Shown here: in pieces, positions 12,915-26,960 of the stretch | Layout of the letters: each line of letters begins with the position of its first letter | How positions within the stretch are numbered: position 1 is the stretch's first letter | NCBI RefSeq assembly: GCF_001194135.2 | Contig: NC_068995.1 | Span: 4,741,973 to 4,805,972, forward strand | Source of the DNA: Octopus bimaculoides | Lineage: Eukaryota | Direction of reading: 5' to 3' | Length of the DNA: 64,000 nt | Program-made: the position numbers and the translations under genes | Notes under the pieces: model-generated | Database searches by the model: none | The model's input: only the letters and a program-made list of their open reading frames with translations | Told to the model about the DNA's origin: nothing

Positions 12915-13270
12915 CCCAGGTTCAGTCCCACTGTGTGGCACCTTGGGCAACTGTCTTCTACTATAGCCTTGGACCAACCAAAGCTTTGTGAGTGGATCTG
13001 GTAGAAGGAAACTGAAAGTAGCCCATCATATATATACATGTGTGTGTGTGTGTGTGTGAGTGTGTGTGTGTATCTGTGTTTGTCCATCCCATCATCGCTT
13101 GACAACTGGTGTTGGTGTGTTTACATCCCTGTAACTTAGGAGTTCGGTAAAAGACACCGATAGAATAAGTACTAGGCTTACAAAAGAATGAGTCCTGGGG
13201 TCGATTTGTTCAACTAAAAGGTGGTGCTCCAGCATGGTCACAGTCAAATGACTGAAACAAGTAAAAGAAT
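12915..13270 (+). mobile_element. SINE family A, near full length
   Basis: Same head, internal (TG)n and tail as the 3105-3495 copy, in the opposite orientation. Confidence 0.85.
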
Positions 13271-14004
13271 AAAACCAACATTTTTAAACAATTCTTTTTT
13301 AATAATCTTGTCTCCGTTTTTCTTTCTTTTTTCTCTTTTTTTTGTCTATAAAATTCTTTCTATTTTATATATATATTTTATATATTCTTTCACATGCAAT
13401 TGTTTTTACTTTGGACTTTATACCCGACCACTTCACAAACCGAGGAAAACAAGCAACAAAACGACCTTAAGATGTTGTGTGCCAGAAAAGACATCTTGCA
13501 CTTCGTTGTGTTTGAAAAGATATACCATATGTCCATTCCTCTTGACGTGTCATACACTCATGCCACCCAAACACACACACACACACACAATCTGTCGCTC
13601 ACCCCTTCCCGATATCTCCTTCCCAACACCCCCTTCCCACCGATGGATGATGATGATGGTGGTGATGATGACTATTTGTTAACTTTGTAACATTTCCTCT
13701 CACCTCTACACCTAACTTTATAGTATTAGATTTTTTTTTTGTCTCATTGTATCGCTCTCTTCACTGCTTTCCCCATCCCTTTCTTTCCATGGCACCTCCT
13801 CGCCTACATCACATGCACACCCATTCACTTTCCACCCCAACACCTCTTATCGTAATCTTGAACAATTCCACCCACAACCCACACACCAAACGCTCCTCCA
13901 GCTCCTCCATGCCATGCTTATCTCCCTCCAAAAATATCTGTTTATACATGCGCACAACACCTCAACGCTCCTGCCTCATCTCGACCTCTCTTCCCAATAC
14001 AAAT

Positions 14005-14869
14005 TTGTGTTTAGGTGATCACGTGTTTGCTGTAGTCTGCTATTTTTGTCATGGGCAGGAAGTTGGAACAAAGAGCCAATGTAAAATTTTGCCTTAAACT
14101 TGAGAAGTCTGCTACAGGTACATTGAGCATGCTTCAGTGAGCTTATGGTGATGAGGCAATGGGTCGTACATAATTTGTTCGTCGCTTCTCCGTAACCAGA
14201 CTGATCCATTTCTCGACCGTATTGTAACTTGTGATGAAAAATAGATTTTGTACAATAATAAAAAAAAGACGTTCTTCAGAGTGGTTGGACCAAAATGAAT
14301 CATCGAAAACCTTCTCTAGACCTTTTCTTCAAGAAGAAGGTTATGGTGACAGATTGGTGGTGTACTGATGGACTCATCCACTATAACTTCTTAAAACACA
14401 GAAAAACCATCACCGCAGACACATATTGCCATGAAATTGCCAAATGAACGAAAAACTGCTACTCCTCCATCCCAGAATGGTCAGCAGAAGAGTGCCAATC
14501 ATTCTTCATGACAATGCTCGACCACGCGTTTCACTAATGACACTCCAGAAGTTGAGGGAACTTGGCTACACCACCCAGCTTATTCCCCAGAACTTTCTCT
14601 TACCAACTACCACTTCTTCACGCACCTTGATGGTTTCCTGCAAGAGAAGGAGTTCAAAAATCATACCGATGCTGAAAGTACGTTCAAAGAGTGCATCAAC
14701 TCCAGAACTCCAGATTTTTATGTTATTGGAACAAACAAACTTGTAACTGGTTGGTAAAAACGTGTTGACTGTAATGGCACTTATATTGATGAACAAAATT
14801 TCTGTAGTGTTGAAATATAATGTGATGGATTTCATGTTTCAAAACGTTGCTTACTTTTTACTCAGCTAG

Positions 14870-14870
<1 letters not shown>
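14005..14870 (+). mobile_element. Mariner (Tc1/mariner) transposase remnant
   Basis: FLDRIVTCDEK*ILYNN, KKVMV..WW, IILHDNARP and YSPxL..xYHFF motifs; multiple stops and frameshifts. Confidence 0.92.
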
Positions 14871-14910
<40 letters not shown>

Positions 14911-15050
14911 NNNNNNNNNNNNNNNNNNNNNNNNNNNNNNNNNNNNNNNNNNNNNNNNNNNNNNNNNNNNNNNNNNNNNNNNNNNNNNNNNNNNNNNNNN
15001 NNNNNNNNNNNNNNNNNNNNNNNNNNNNNNNNNNNNNNNNNNNNNNNNNN

Positions 15051-15096
<46 letters not shown>

Positions 15097-15159
15097 TTAC
15101 TGGACATACATACATACATTGAAATGCAGTTACTTAAATAAATATACAAATATACTTAC

Positions 15160-15202
15160 TGACAAGATGTCGAAGAAAAAGACGTCTGAGGTAGCGTAAC
15201 AT
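15160..15202 (-). CDS. Gene X first coding segment MLRYLRRLFLRHLV (whole exon 15160-15239)
   Basis: Long polypyrimidine tract with ctctcag acceptor; A|GTAAGT donor; ATG at 15202 gives phase 1, matching the next exon. Confidence 0.6.
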
Positions 15203-15396
15203 TTTCACATGTGTTTCTTTTTAAATCTGATTGTATGAGCTGAGAGGGTCACAGAAATAGAGAAAAAGAAACAATATACTTTAAACTGTTATCTACAGGT
15301 AATTTAAGACACGAAATGTTACAATATATCAAGATATATCATGATATGTCATCATTGTCACAGCCGTCGTTAAAGCGTCCACAGAGATTGGGTTAC

Positions 15397-15452
15397 TTGG
15401 CATTGCAATCTAGATTTAAATCTTGCTAAGTTCAGCTTTAAATGTTCTTCTT
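15397..15452 (-). other. Possible additional gene X 5'UTR exon
   Basis: gaccacag acceptor and CAA|GTAACC donor only; no independent support. Confidence 0.25.
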
Positions 15453-15883
15453 CTGTGGTCAGTTGATAAAATACAGAACCAGTCATGTGTGTGTGTACAT
15501 GTGTCATGTATGTACGTGTGTGTGTGTGTAGATATAAAGAAAACAGATGTTAAAGGATGATGATGATGAGGAGGAGGAGGAGGAAGAGGAGGGAGAGAAA
15601 GTAAACAAAGAGAGATAGACAGATAACTACATACATGTATATATGTGAGGCATTGTGTGCATATGTTTATATTATACATACATACATACATACATACATA
15701 CATACACTCCACCTCCTATCAGGAGTGGCTGTGTAGTAAGTTGCTTGCTTACCAACTACATGGTTGTGGGTTCAATCCCACTGCACAGCACCTTGGGCAA
15801 GTGTCTTGTACTATAGCCACAGGTCAACCAAAGCCTTGTGAGTGGATTTGGTAGATGGAAACTGAAAGAAGCTCGCTGTATAT

Positions 15884-15936
<53 letters not shown>

Positions 15937-16824
15937 NNNNNNNNNNNNNNNNNNNNNNNNNNNNNNNNNNNNNNNNNNNNNNNNNNNNNNNNNNNNNNNN
16001 NNNNNNNNNNNNNNNNNNNNNNNNNNNNNNNNNNNNNNNNNNNNNNNNNNNNNNNNNNNNNNNNNNNNNNNNNNNNNNNNNNNNNNNNNNNNNNNNNNNN
16101 NNNNNNNNNNNNNNNNNNNNNNNNNNNNNNNNNNNNNNNNNNNNNNNNNNNNNNNNNNNNNNNNNNNNNNNNNNNNNNNNNNNNNNNNNNNNNNNNNNNN
16201 NNNNNNNNNNNNNNNNNNNNNNNNNNNNNNNNNNNNNNNNNNNNNNNNNNNNNNNNNNNNNNNNNNNNNNNNNNNNNNNNNNNNNNNNNNNNNNNNNNNN
16301 NNNNNNNNNNNNNNNNNNNNNNNNNNNNNNNNNNNNNNNNNNNNNNNNNNNNNNNNNNNNNNNNNNNNNNNNNNNNNNNNNNNNNNNNNNNNNNNNNNNN
16401 NNNNNNNNNNNNNNNNNNNNNNNNNNNNNNNNNNNNNNNNNNNNNNNNNNNNNNNNNNNNNNNNNNNNNNNNNNNNNNNNNNNNNNNNNNNNNNNNNNNN
16501 NNNNNNNNNNNNNNNNNNNNNNNNNNNNNNNNNNNNNNNNNNNNNNNNNNNNNNNNNNNNNNNNNNNNNNNNNNNNNNNNNNNNNNNNNNNNNNNNNNNN
16601 NNNNNNNNNNNNNNNNNNNNNNNNNNNNNNNNNNNNNNNNNNNNNNNNNNNNNNNNNNNNNNNNNNNNNNNNNNNNNNNNNNNNNNNNNNNNNNNNNNNN
16701 NNNNNNNNNNNNNNNNNNNNNNNNNNNNNNNNNNNNNNNNNNNNNNNNNNNNNNNNNNNNNNNNNNNNNNNNNNNNNNNNNNNNNNNNNNNNNNNNNNNN
16801 NNNNNNNNNNNNNNNNNNNNNNNN

Positions 16825-16867
<43 letters not shown>

Positions 16868-17740
16868 ATCCAAACAAAGAAGAACAAACAAGAAAAACCA
16901 TCACCGCGAGGACATGGTACAAGTACTGTATTATCAGACGCTTAGGAAAGGAAAGAAAGAGGATTTTTATGTTTTGATCAAAGCTCTTCTTCAGAAATAG
17001 AGGAACGTCCAAAAGAAGGGAAGACGGGGAAAGAAAATCACCAATGATACACACACATATATATATACATATATATATAATAATACAAAGAATATATATG
17101 CATGTATACCCACATATATGTACATACTTACATGTACATGTGCATATAGATGCATATCAAGGTACAGGATGTTAGAAAAATGAACTACAGACAACAGAAC
17201 GAACACATAGGAAAACAGATAGCCACTTGGAATTATTCCTTCATCAGCTGCCTCTATTCTAACTAGGTGTTTCGAAGAGAGAGAGAGAGATGAACATATT
17301 TGCATGTGTATTTATGTGTTTGTGTGCAAATGGTAACAACCTACATAGACATCCATTATTATACATGTAGGTATATAATATTGTTTTGTCTTTTTTTTTT
17401 TTACAGTTAGAAATTTTCATTTAGTAAAGTAATTCTACGAGCAGAAAAGAAAGAAAAAAAAACCATTAGATGTATAAACAATTAAATCGTTGAGAGAAAA
17501 ATACCCTGAACCACAGTGAGGAAACAATGAACGAAGGAAATGGTGGGGAAATTATGCAGCAGATGGGGTGGGGAGTAAGAGGTTGTACCTTACAAAGTAA
17601 GTTGCTTGTTCAGCCACACCTTGTGAACAAGATTGCAAAGGTGTAGTCATGGAGATTAGCCAGTTACACCATTTATATGGATTGCAGAAGTGAATTATAG
17701 GTTGTAAACCTGGTGGACAGAATCTGTCTCAAAGCCTGTC

Positions 17741-17819
<79 letters not shown>

Positions 17820-18845
17820 GAGGGTAGAAATTGATATTAATCAATTNNNNNNNNNNNNNNNNNNNNNNNNNNNNNNNNNNNNNNNNNNNNNNNNNNNNNN
17901 NNNNNNNNNNNNNNNNNNNNNNNNNNNNNNNNNNNNNNNNNNNNNNNNNNNNNNNNNNNNNNNNNNNNNNNNNNNNNNNNNNNNNNNNNNNNNNNNNNNN
18001 NNNNNNNNNNNNNNNNNNNNNNNNNNNNNNNNNNNNNNNNNNNNNNNNNNNNNNNNNNNNNNNNNNNNNNNNNNNNNNNNNNNNNNNNNNNNNNNNNNNN
18101 NNNNNNNNNNNNNNNNNNNNNNNNNNNNNNNNNNNNNNNNNNNNNNNNNNNNNNNNNNNNNNNNNNNNNNNNNNNNNNNNNNNNNNNNNNNNNNNNNNNN
18201 NNNNNNNNNNNNNNNNNNNNNNNNNNNNNNNNNNNNNNNNNNNNNNNNNNNNNNNNNNNNNNNNNNNNNNNNNNNNNNNNNNNNNNNNNNNNNNNNNNNN
18301 NNNNNNNNNNNNNNNNNNNNNNNNNNNNNNNNNNNNNNNNNNNNNNNNNNNNNNNNNNNNNNNNNNNNNNNNNNNNNNNNNNNNNNNNNNNNNNNNNNNN
18401 NNNNNNNNNNNNNNNNNNNNNNNNNNNNNNNNNNNNNNNNNNNNNNNNNNNNNNNNNNNNNNNNNNNNNNNNNNNNNNNNNNNNNNNNNNNNNNNNNNNN
18501 NNNNNNNNNNNNNNNNNNNNNNNNNNNNNNNNNNNNNNNNNNNNNNNNNNNNNNNNNNNNNNNNNNNNNNNNNNNNNNNNNNNNNNNNNNNNNNNNNNNN
18601 NNNNNNNNNNNNNNNNNNNNNNNNNNNNNNNNNNNNNNNNNNNNNNNNNNNNNNNNNNNNNNNNNNNNNNNNNNNNNNNNNNNNNNNNNNNNNNNNNNNN
18701 NNNNNNNNNNNNNNNNNNNNNNNNNNNNNNNNNNNNNNNNNNNNNNNNNNNNNNNNNNNNNNNNNNNNNNNNNNNNNNNNNNNNNNNNNNNNNNNNNNNN
18801 NNNNNNNNNNNNNNNNNNNNNNNNNNNNNNNNNNNNNNNNNNNNN

Positions 18846-19140
18846 CAGCACATTTCCAAAGGTCTCGGTCAGTAGTCATCGCCTCGGTGAGGCCCAATGT
18901 ACGAAGGTCTTGCCTCACCACCTCAGCCCAGGTCTTCCTGGGCCTACCTCTTCCACTGGTTCCCTCAACTGTTAGGGTGTGGCACTTTTTCACGCAGCTA
19001 TCCTCATCCATTCTCACCACATGTCCATACCAGCGCAATCGTCTCTCTTGCACACCACAACTGATGCTTCTAATGTTCAGCTTTTCTCTCAAGATACTTA
19101 CACTCTGACGGGTATTCACATTGACATTACACATCCAACG
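18846..19140 (-). mobile_element. RTE LINE ORF2 C-terminal fragment
   Basis: …ERRLRWYGHVVRMDEDSCVKKC…GRGRPRKTWAEVVRQDL…DRDLWK; the remainder runs into an N gap. Confidence 0.92.
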
Positions 19141-19480
19141 GAAAGCTCATCATTCCAGTCAGTTGTTTATACGCACAGCCAATGAGCTTCTTTTAGTTTC
19201 CATCTACCAATTCCACTCACAAGGCTCTGGTCAGCCCGAGGCTATAGTATACACTTGCCCAAGGTACCGTGCAGTGGAACTGAACCTGAAACCGTGTTGT
19301 TGAGAATACACACACACAAGCACACACACACACACACATATATACACCCATACATCANNNNNNNNNNNNNNNNNNNNNNNNNNNNNNNNNNNNNNNNNNN
19401 NNNNNNNNNNNNNNNNNNNNNNNNNNNNNNNNNNNNNNNNNNNNNNNNNNNNNNNNNTATATATATATATATATATATGA

Positions 19481-19659
19481 ATACACACACATGCACAGCT
19501 TTACTCATATTTACATACATAAATGTGCATCCATACACATGTATATATATGCATACACATATATATGTATGTGTGTGTACATTTGTATATATATATATAT
19601 GTGTGTGTGTACGTTTCCATCTATATATGTATACATATATATGTATATGTATGTATGTG

Positions 19660-19699
<40 letters not shown>

Positions 19700-19875
19700 C
19701 ACACACATGCACAGCTATACTCATATATACATACATAAATGTGCATCCATACACATGTATATATATGCATACACATACATATGTATGGGTGTGTACATTT
19801 GTATATATATATGTGTATGTGTGTACGTTTGCATCTATATATGTACACATATATATGTATGTATGTATGTATGTG

Positions 19876-19945
<70 letters not shown>
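19481..19945. repeat. Tandem duplication (about 216-bp period) of a compound AT/AC microsatellite
   Basis: ATACACACACATGCACAGCT starts at 19481 and 19697, with colinear sequence after it. Confidence 0.85.
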
Positions 19946-19947
<2 letters not shown>

Positions 19948-20204
19948 CCAACTAGATGTGGCTGTCCCACAGAGGACAATGTTACTGTTGCTTTTAGATG
20001 TTACAAAAGTAACATCATCATCTATGGGACCACCACATTTAGTTGGCAAATATATTTTATGATTCCCTACCGTTACTGTTTACCCCTTGCACAGAGGTTT
20101 AATATATATATAAATTTGATTAGATGCTGTGTTAACCTCATGAAGGGGTGGTTTTCATCCAAGGATGAATGTATATGTGTGGATGGATGTATATGTGTGT
20201 GTGA

Positions 20205-20500
20205 AGGTGTGTAGCTTTGTGGTTAGGGCATTCAGCTCACGATCATAAGGTTCTGAGTTCAATACCGGCGGCACGTTGTGTCCTTGAGCAAGACACTTCA
20301 TTTCACATTGCTCCAGTCCACTCAGGTGGCAAAAATGAGTTGTACCTGTAATTCAAAAGGGCCAGCCTTGTCACACTCTGTGTCATGCTGAATATCCCCG
20401 AGAACTACGTTAAGGGTACATGTGACTGTGGAGTGCTCAGCCACTTGCAGATTAATTTCATGAGCAAGCTGTTCCATTGATCGTATCAGCTGGGACCCTC
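20205..20500 (+). mobile_element. tRNA-headed SINE, family C (GTTGTGTCCTTGAGCAAGACAC core)
   Basis: A/B-box-like head and shared core; related copies at about 11575-11830, 35028-35190, 36975-37100, 40140-40300 (-), 40948-41215, 61760-62095 (-), 63250-63560 (-). Confidence 0.85.
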
Positions 20501-21641
20501 CTTATGTATGAGTATATGCATGTGTCTCTGTGTATGTATATGGACGTATGGATACATATGTGTGTGTATATGTATACATGTGTGCTTGCATACATACAAA
20601 TTTTCATAACTTTATTTCTACCTTATAAACGAACATTCCATTCCTTTATCAACCATAAACTCACCTTATTTATATTTAAATTTCTTCTATTATCTCCATT
20701 TAATTTATTCATTTATTCTTGTAATTCTATTTACCTACTCTACCTTATCTCCAATCAACCTGTAAACCCCTCACCCAAACACATTACAATACAAATCTTA
20801 AACCGTATCATTCAATCTGCTATAATGAGCCTATAAACACATACAAGACATTCAAGGATATATTTTTACGGTCTGAAAATATTATACTCAGGTCTTATAA
20901 ACAAAAATTTAATATTTACTGAGTAATAATTGAAACAGCTATAAATGAAGATGATTAATTTGTTATTAATAATAAACAATTATTAACTTCCCAATCTCTA
21001 TTTTCCTTTTCTTCTCTTATATATATATATATTTATATATACAGACACACTTGTTTCAGTCATTGGAATGTGGCCATGCTGGAGCAGCACCTTGATTGGT
21101 TTTAGTCGAATGAATTGACCCAAGTACTAATTTTTTTCAAAAACCTGAAAATTATTCAATCAATTTCTTTTCGCAAACCCCTAGGTTACTGAGAGGTAGA
21201 CATACTGTATGTGTGTGTATGGGGCCGTGTTTGTCCAACCACCACCACCCTAAAAACCAGTATTGGTGAAACAAGTAAAATAAAATGTGGTGTGCTTATT
21301 AATATTTTCATATATTTACACACATACGTAAGTTATACATTAAATATCATACATGTATTTATGAGCGTGTATATATATTTATGTGTGTGTATAAATATTT
21401 ATACACACACACACACACAAGAGTGTGCCCTATAGTATTTATCTATTGACAGCAAGTTAGAGCATAAATAGATCCGAATTAGGCATCTAGAACTGTGGGG
21501 TCACAGGGTAACTGCCCAAAGGGCCCCTGCCTTTAGACAGGATGGAAAAAGAGTACTCAAATACCAGAAGTAGAGTAATGTACTTTATTAAAAGCAGCAG
21601 AAATATAAATATAGGTAAAGCATGGAGGTGTGATTGTAAAA

Positions 21642-21713
<72 letters not shown>

Positions 21714-22366
21714 AATTGTATATTTACTCAATTTCCCAAAATAAAAGGGAGTTACACCACAGTCATTTTCTGATCTTTGCTACCCTGGCATCTATTAACC
21801 AATTTATTTTGTCAGAGTTAATTATTAACTAAGAGAAAATAAATACATATAATAAAATATAGATAGATAGATAGACAGATAGATAGATAATATAATATAA
21901 TATAATATATATATATATCTATATCTATATATATATATATATATAGATATAGATATATATATATATATATAATATAATATAATATATATAAACCCATGCT
22001 AGCATGGAAAGCGGACGTTAAACGATGATGATGATGATATATATATAAATATATATATAATATAATATAATATATATATACACACACATATGTGCTTGTG
22101 TGTAAGTGTGTGTATATATATTTATATATAACGCAGAGATATAAGATGCATATTTTATATTAGTCATATACAATCGTTATACCAAACTGTCAATAGTAAC
22201 GATTCTTTGGTGATTATATAGCTATTCATTGTCATTCCGTTTAATTTATCTCCATAATTCTTTGTTTTTATAATCATCCAACTAAATACACAGCCTATAT
22301 TAATCCTACACACACTAAAAATTATATATCAATTAAAGAAACGGGATAATTATACGTCAAACTTAC

Positions 22367-22481
22367 CGTACATTCATCTTCGTTCGTGAGAATCTATTCA
22401 GAATTATACATGAATCGTCTGGTACAGGTGCTTTGTTATGCGGTGTAGCAGGAAAAGCTGTCTCTACTATAAAAATCGAAT
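22367..22481 (-). other. Gene X 5'UTR exon (115 nt)
   Basis: tttttag acceptor (confirmed by the spliced copy); CG|GTAAGT donor. Confidence 0.82.
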
Positions 22482-23451
22482 CTAAAAATTTAAAAAAATC
22501 TCTAGTTGAATTTATTTTATTAATCAATAATCGGTCTTTACTTGGCAATTTAACTCAAGGATCGTGGATTTCGAGTGTTAGCACTTACGAAAACTATAAT
22601 TAAATTTAATAATCACCCACAAGTTTACGTTTTTTAAGCAGTTCGTTTTTTCATTCTCCATATTAATTATATAACAAATACATTATCTTATTAATATATC
22701 ATTTTAGCTATTTTCTTTATCACTAACCATCCAGTGATATGGGCGATTACTTATTTACCCAGGAGAGAGATGCAATTACTCATTCGATGTATTCGACTTT
22801 ATTTATCTATTGGGTAGTTAAGGGTTCGGGGTCATTCCAGATCTAATCTTCCACGTTTCATCGTGCGTGTGTAGGCGCAGGTGTCGCAGTGTTGTAAGAA
22901 GTTGCTTTCTAACCAACATGGTTCTGGATTCAAGCCCACCGCGTGGCACAGTGGGCAAATGTCATCTTCTGTAGCCTCGGGACGACAAAAGCCTTCTGAG
23001 TGGATTTGGTACACGGAGGCTGAAAGAAACCCGTCGTATATATGTAGCGTCGGCGTCCCTAATTGTAGCATGTTTTAGCGTAGGGGTCACCAATTGTAAC
23101 AATGTGATTACCAGAATGTAACATGCGTGATGTTGAAGAAAAGAAAGTTGATGTGAATGTGTGTGTGTGTGTTTTTTTGTTGTTTTCCTATGTTGAAGAA
23201 TAAGGACATTGGTCGGAAGTTGTAGATAACATATTTTATTTACCGTTACTTAATATGTATAGCCACACCACGACGAGCAGGCGTGTATAATATAATCGAG
23301 AGTTAATTTTTCCTTGTATAAAGTGTGTATTAATGTTCCTGTCATTGTAGTGGTAAGAAAGAGATAGACAAAATGATGTTTGTTAGAAAGGAAATGAGCT
23401 ATTGAGAAAGTGAAAGACAGTAGAGGGAGTTGTATCATAGCGTTTGCTTAC

Positions 23452-23518
23452 CCTCTTGCTCTGGCCGTCTGTCTCTTGTGGTTTGCTTAGAGATACTTGT
23501 ATTTATTAGAATGCAGAC
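23452..23518 (-). other. Gene X 5'UTR exon (67 nt)
   Basis: ttttctggcag acceptor; G|GTAAGC donor; boundaries confirmed by the spliced copy at 32039-32105. Confidence 0.85.
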
Positions 23519-25289
23519 CTGCCAGAAAAAGAGATGGATAAATTAATGTAGGTCACTTCAACTTATCGTGGGACAGGAAAGTTTATCAGTCAAGTGGAAA
23601 ACACATAAATCTGCGTTCTTCTTTAGACTGAACAATAGGCCATATGGCTAGGGAGAATTTCTAGATTCGATTTCAAATCTTAGGTAGAGCCAAACGAGGT
23701 CTCTACACATATGTGGGTGGGTGGGTGTGTATGCATATATATGTATATATGTTACCGAAATGAGAGGGCCAATCCACATTCCATATCTTGTTTCTTTTTT
23801 CTTCCTTTTCAAAAACAAATTCTAAATTTTAATTCATCAAAAGAAAATCTTTTTCTCATAGAGTAATCAGATCATTCATCAATTAAAAAAAATGCGTCTG
23901 AAACAGCTGTTGTGAACCTTAACCCATTTTTGTTATTTGTGTGTGTGTAATGAATCACTTCCAAGATCCTTAGTTGAGATTCGAAACCAACTCTAAATCT
24001 TCCTACAACTTCCTCTCTATCGTTCTCGATATAAGTGCTTAGAAATTTACGAGTGTCAGTTTTCAAATATAGATAAGTTCTCTTCTTTAACAGACAGTTT
24101 CAAGTCAAACTTTCTGTCAAGGCAAATAACAGACGGAAAAATCTTTTGTTTAGCCTGACCTCATTCTGTTAGGAGAAAATATAAATACAGAACCAAAGTT
24201 ACGTTCTTCATCCTTTCGTTTGGCGCCGGTAAAAGAAGCACCTTCTGCGAAGGGCTACACAACTTTTATACTTTCTATTTGTCAATACAGAGAGGTAAGG
24301 TTCTTTTACCCTTTCTCTCTCTCCTTTCAGCCGTTCCCCTAGGAGTCAAAAAGAAGATGAACTTAACTACTTACAAAATGAATAACAGAACTGCAAATAA
24401 TGTGTACAACAATAACTTGAAGAAGCTGTATGTTACATTGTAACAAAATAAAAGTCATATTAACTATAAATATTTTGCCTCTCATTTATTTCACACATGC
24501 ATACACACACACACTTATATATGCATGCGTGCATAAGAGTTGGTTTGAGGGTTGAAAATGTACCTGACTCTTTACAATGAATCGTACTGGTTTCAACATT
24601 TCTTCTTTTCAGTGGTAGATGACAAAAAGTTTAAAAGAAAGTGAAGGTGTGAGAGAAAAAAAATGGTAAAACATGCTTAATATATCAAATGTTTATAAAA
24701 ATTTCAGTATTCTATAAATTTCACAGTAACAGAAATTAATAAAAGTTGTACATTTAGGTATCAGGAACTTCTTCAGCACAATTCTAATTAAATAAGGAAA
24801 GTTTGTTTATTAAGTAATATAAACCACTGCGGGAAACGTTATAACAACACAACAGAATGAGAAAACTCAGTTTATTCAACCCAATTAAAAACGACCAAGA
24901 ACTAACATTAGTAATAAGATGCCTAAACTCTCTTCTGTATTGTTTTCTTTTTTTTCTGTTTACTTGTTTCAGTCATTTAACTGTGGCCATGCTGGAGCCT
25001 TGAAGGGTTTCGGTCAAACAAATCGACCCTGGGACTTCTTTTTTTAAAAGCCTAGTACTTATTTTATTTGTTTATCTCTCTATCTCTGTTTGTCTGTCTC
25101 TCTCTCTATATATATATATGTACTCAGTTATGCAATGGGTGAAATAGCCTCCATATAAGCTAGTTTTTTTTCTACAGAAGTAGCACCACACTGATGTACT
25201 GTTTTATTCACATCAAATTCCCCCACCCCACTCTTTCAGGAATAAATATGGATAGTGACTGACTTATACCTTGGACAAGAAGACAGGTG

Positions 25290-25560
25290 AGAGGGTAGAC
25301 CCCCTATTATAATGACTAACACCACCAATATCACAGGCAACACTAACAACAACACCATGAAAACCAACAAAACTACCACCATCACCACTAGCACCTCTAC
25401 CAGCACACCAACAACAACAACAGCAGTAACAACAATAAACATCATTACCAACAACAACATAAGGAATATCAACAATAACAACTCTAATAATATGACCACC
25501 ACCACCACCAACAACAACAATAGCAAAAAAAAAAGCTACACTATCAACGCCACAGACATC
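25290..25560. repeat. (CAA/CAC/ACC)n low-complexity tract
   Basis: Degenerate trinucleotide repeat producing spurious T/N-rich and V/L-rich ORFs. Confidence 0.9.
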
Positions 25561-26960
25561 AATAAATAGATTTATTAGCACACCAGGCAAAATGAAGTAC
25601 CAGTTGCGTACTGGGGTTGATCTAATCAACTGGACCCCTTTCCAAAAATGTTGAGCCTTGTGCCTAGAGTAGAAAAAAATAAATAGATTTTTAAAAATAA
25701 CGTTGATCTCCATCTTTAGCACACTGAGTATATGCTGAACAGTATTTCTTTTGTCATTACGTTCCGAGTTCAAATTCCGCCAAGGTCAACTTTGCCTTTT
25801 GGCCTTTCGGGGTCGATAAAATAAGAAGCAGTCGAGCATTGAGATTGGTGTCATTGACTTACTCTCTTCCTTGAACTTGCTGATCTTGTGCAAAATCTTA
25901 AAACCGATATAGATCTCCATATGTCACAGTCAAATCATGATATGTCTCAAATATAACATATCAATTCCTTCTTTGTAAAGGGTAAAATGGTGAACTGGAT
26001 ATTTGATCAGCATTTACTTCACAATCTTTGAAAGGATTGCATCATTTGATAGTAAAAGTGTAAACAACACAAAATAGCGGAGACTTGGTGGTATAGTTCT
26101 TTGCAACTGCATTCGTCGGGTGCTGTCTGCTGTAGTTTCGTGTTAAAGAAAGAATTCTGAGTGGAATTTGGTAGTGAAATGGAAGCTAGTTACATGTTTG
26201 TGTGTGTGTGTGTATGAACTGGTATGTCAAGTCGCATGACTCAATAAAATAAGTGCCATGCAAAAGTTAGTATTTAGGCGGGTTCGAAAAAAATCACTTG
26301 GAGGCATTTTCCCTGCTCGGCTGTAATCCAGTGAATGAATCCGGTAAAGGATTCTCTTCTTTTATAATTCTAATCACATCTAGAATGCAATATAGAGGTG
26401 ATTCTTAACTCAGAGAAACTGATTTGGCACAAGTTTTCTACACAGACATAGTTCTGCATGCTAACAAAAAATCTCACCGGGGGGGGGNNNNNNNNNNNNN
26501 NNNNNNNNNNNNNNNNNNNNNNNNNNNGGGGGGGGGGGGAATTAATCACTGTTACTAATTTAAGAACAAAGTTAACAATTCTGATGAGATGGGTTAACCG
26601 ATTACACCGATCTCAGTACTTGACTGGGACTTTATTTAACCAACCTCAGAAATGTGAAAGGTGGTTTGTGTTGTATTTCCTTCGGAAGACTCCCAGAGAA
26701 AACACGAGTTATATAAATTTAATTATTACATTTATTATTCAATTACATACAAAGAACGCACTCACCCAATGTTCGTTATGAATAAACAAAAGTCATGTCC
26801 GCCATACATATATCAATGACATTTTACTACGACAGTCACACAAAACAACAACAATGAAACAATGAACTCAGACGAAGCACAGTGACACACGGAATGTCAG
26901 ACGAATTACATATCTAACAGTCCATATAACAGGTTGACATGCAGTTTATGGCAGTGAATA

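Noticed and set aside
17215-17260. CTGATGA followed by a GGAA/TTCC stem on the - strand (possible second hammerhead)
   Set aside because: Lacks the GAAA core and stem III. The isolated GAAACAGCTGT at about 23900 and CTGAAGA hits at about 24775 and 58638 are likewise incomplete.
1184-19488. Long ORFs (up to 439 aa) in the ORF track containing runs of X
   Set aside because: They span assembly N gaps and are not real reading frames. Only the RTE-derived ends are meaningful.
19242-20214. YI/HT/CV-rich ORFs, plus similar ones at 5358-5892 and 25236-25773
   Set aside because: Translations of microsatellites and low-complexity repeats.
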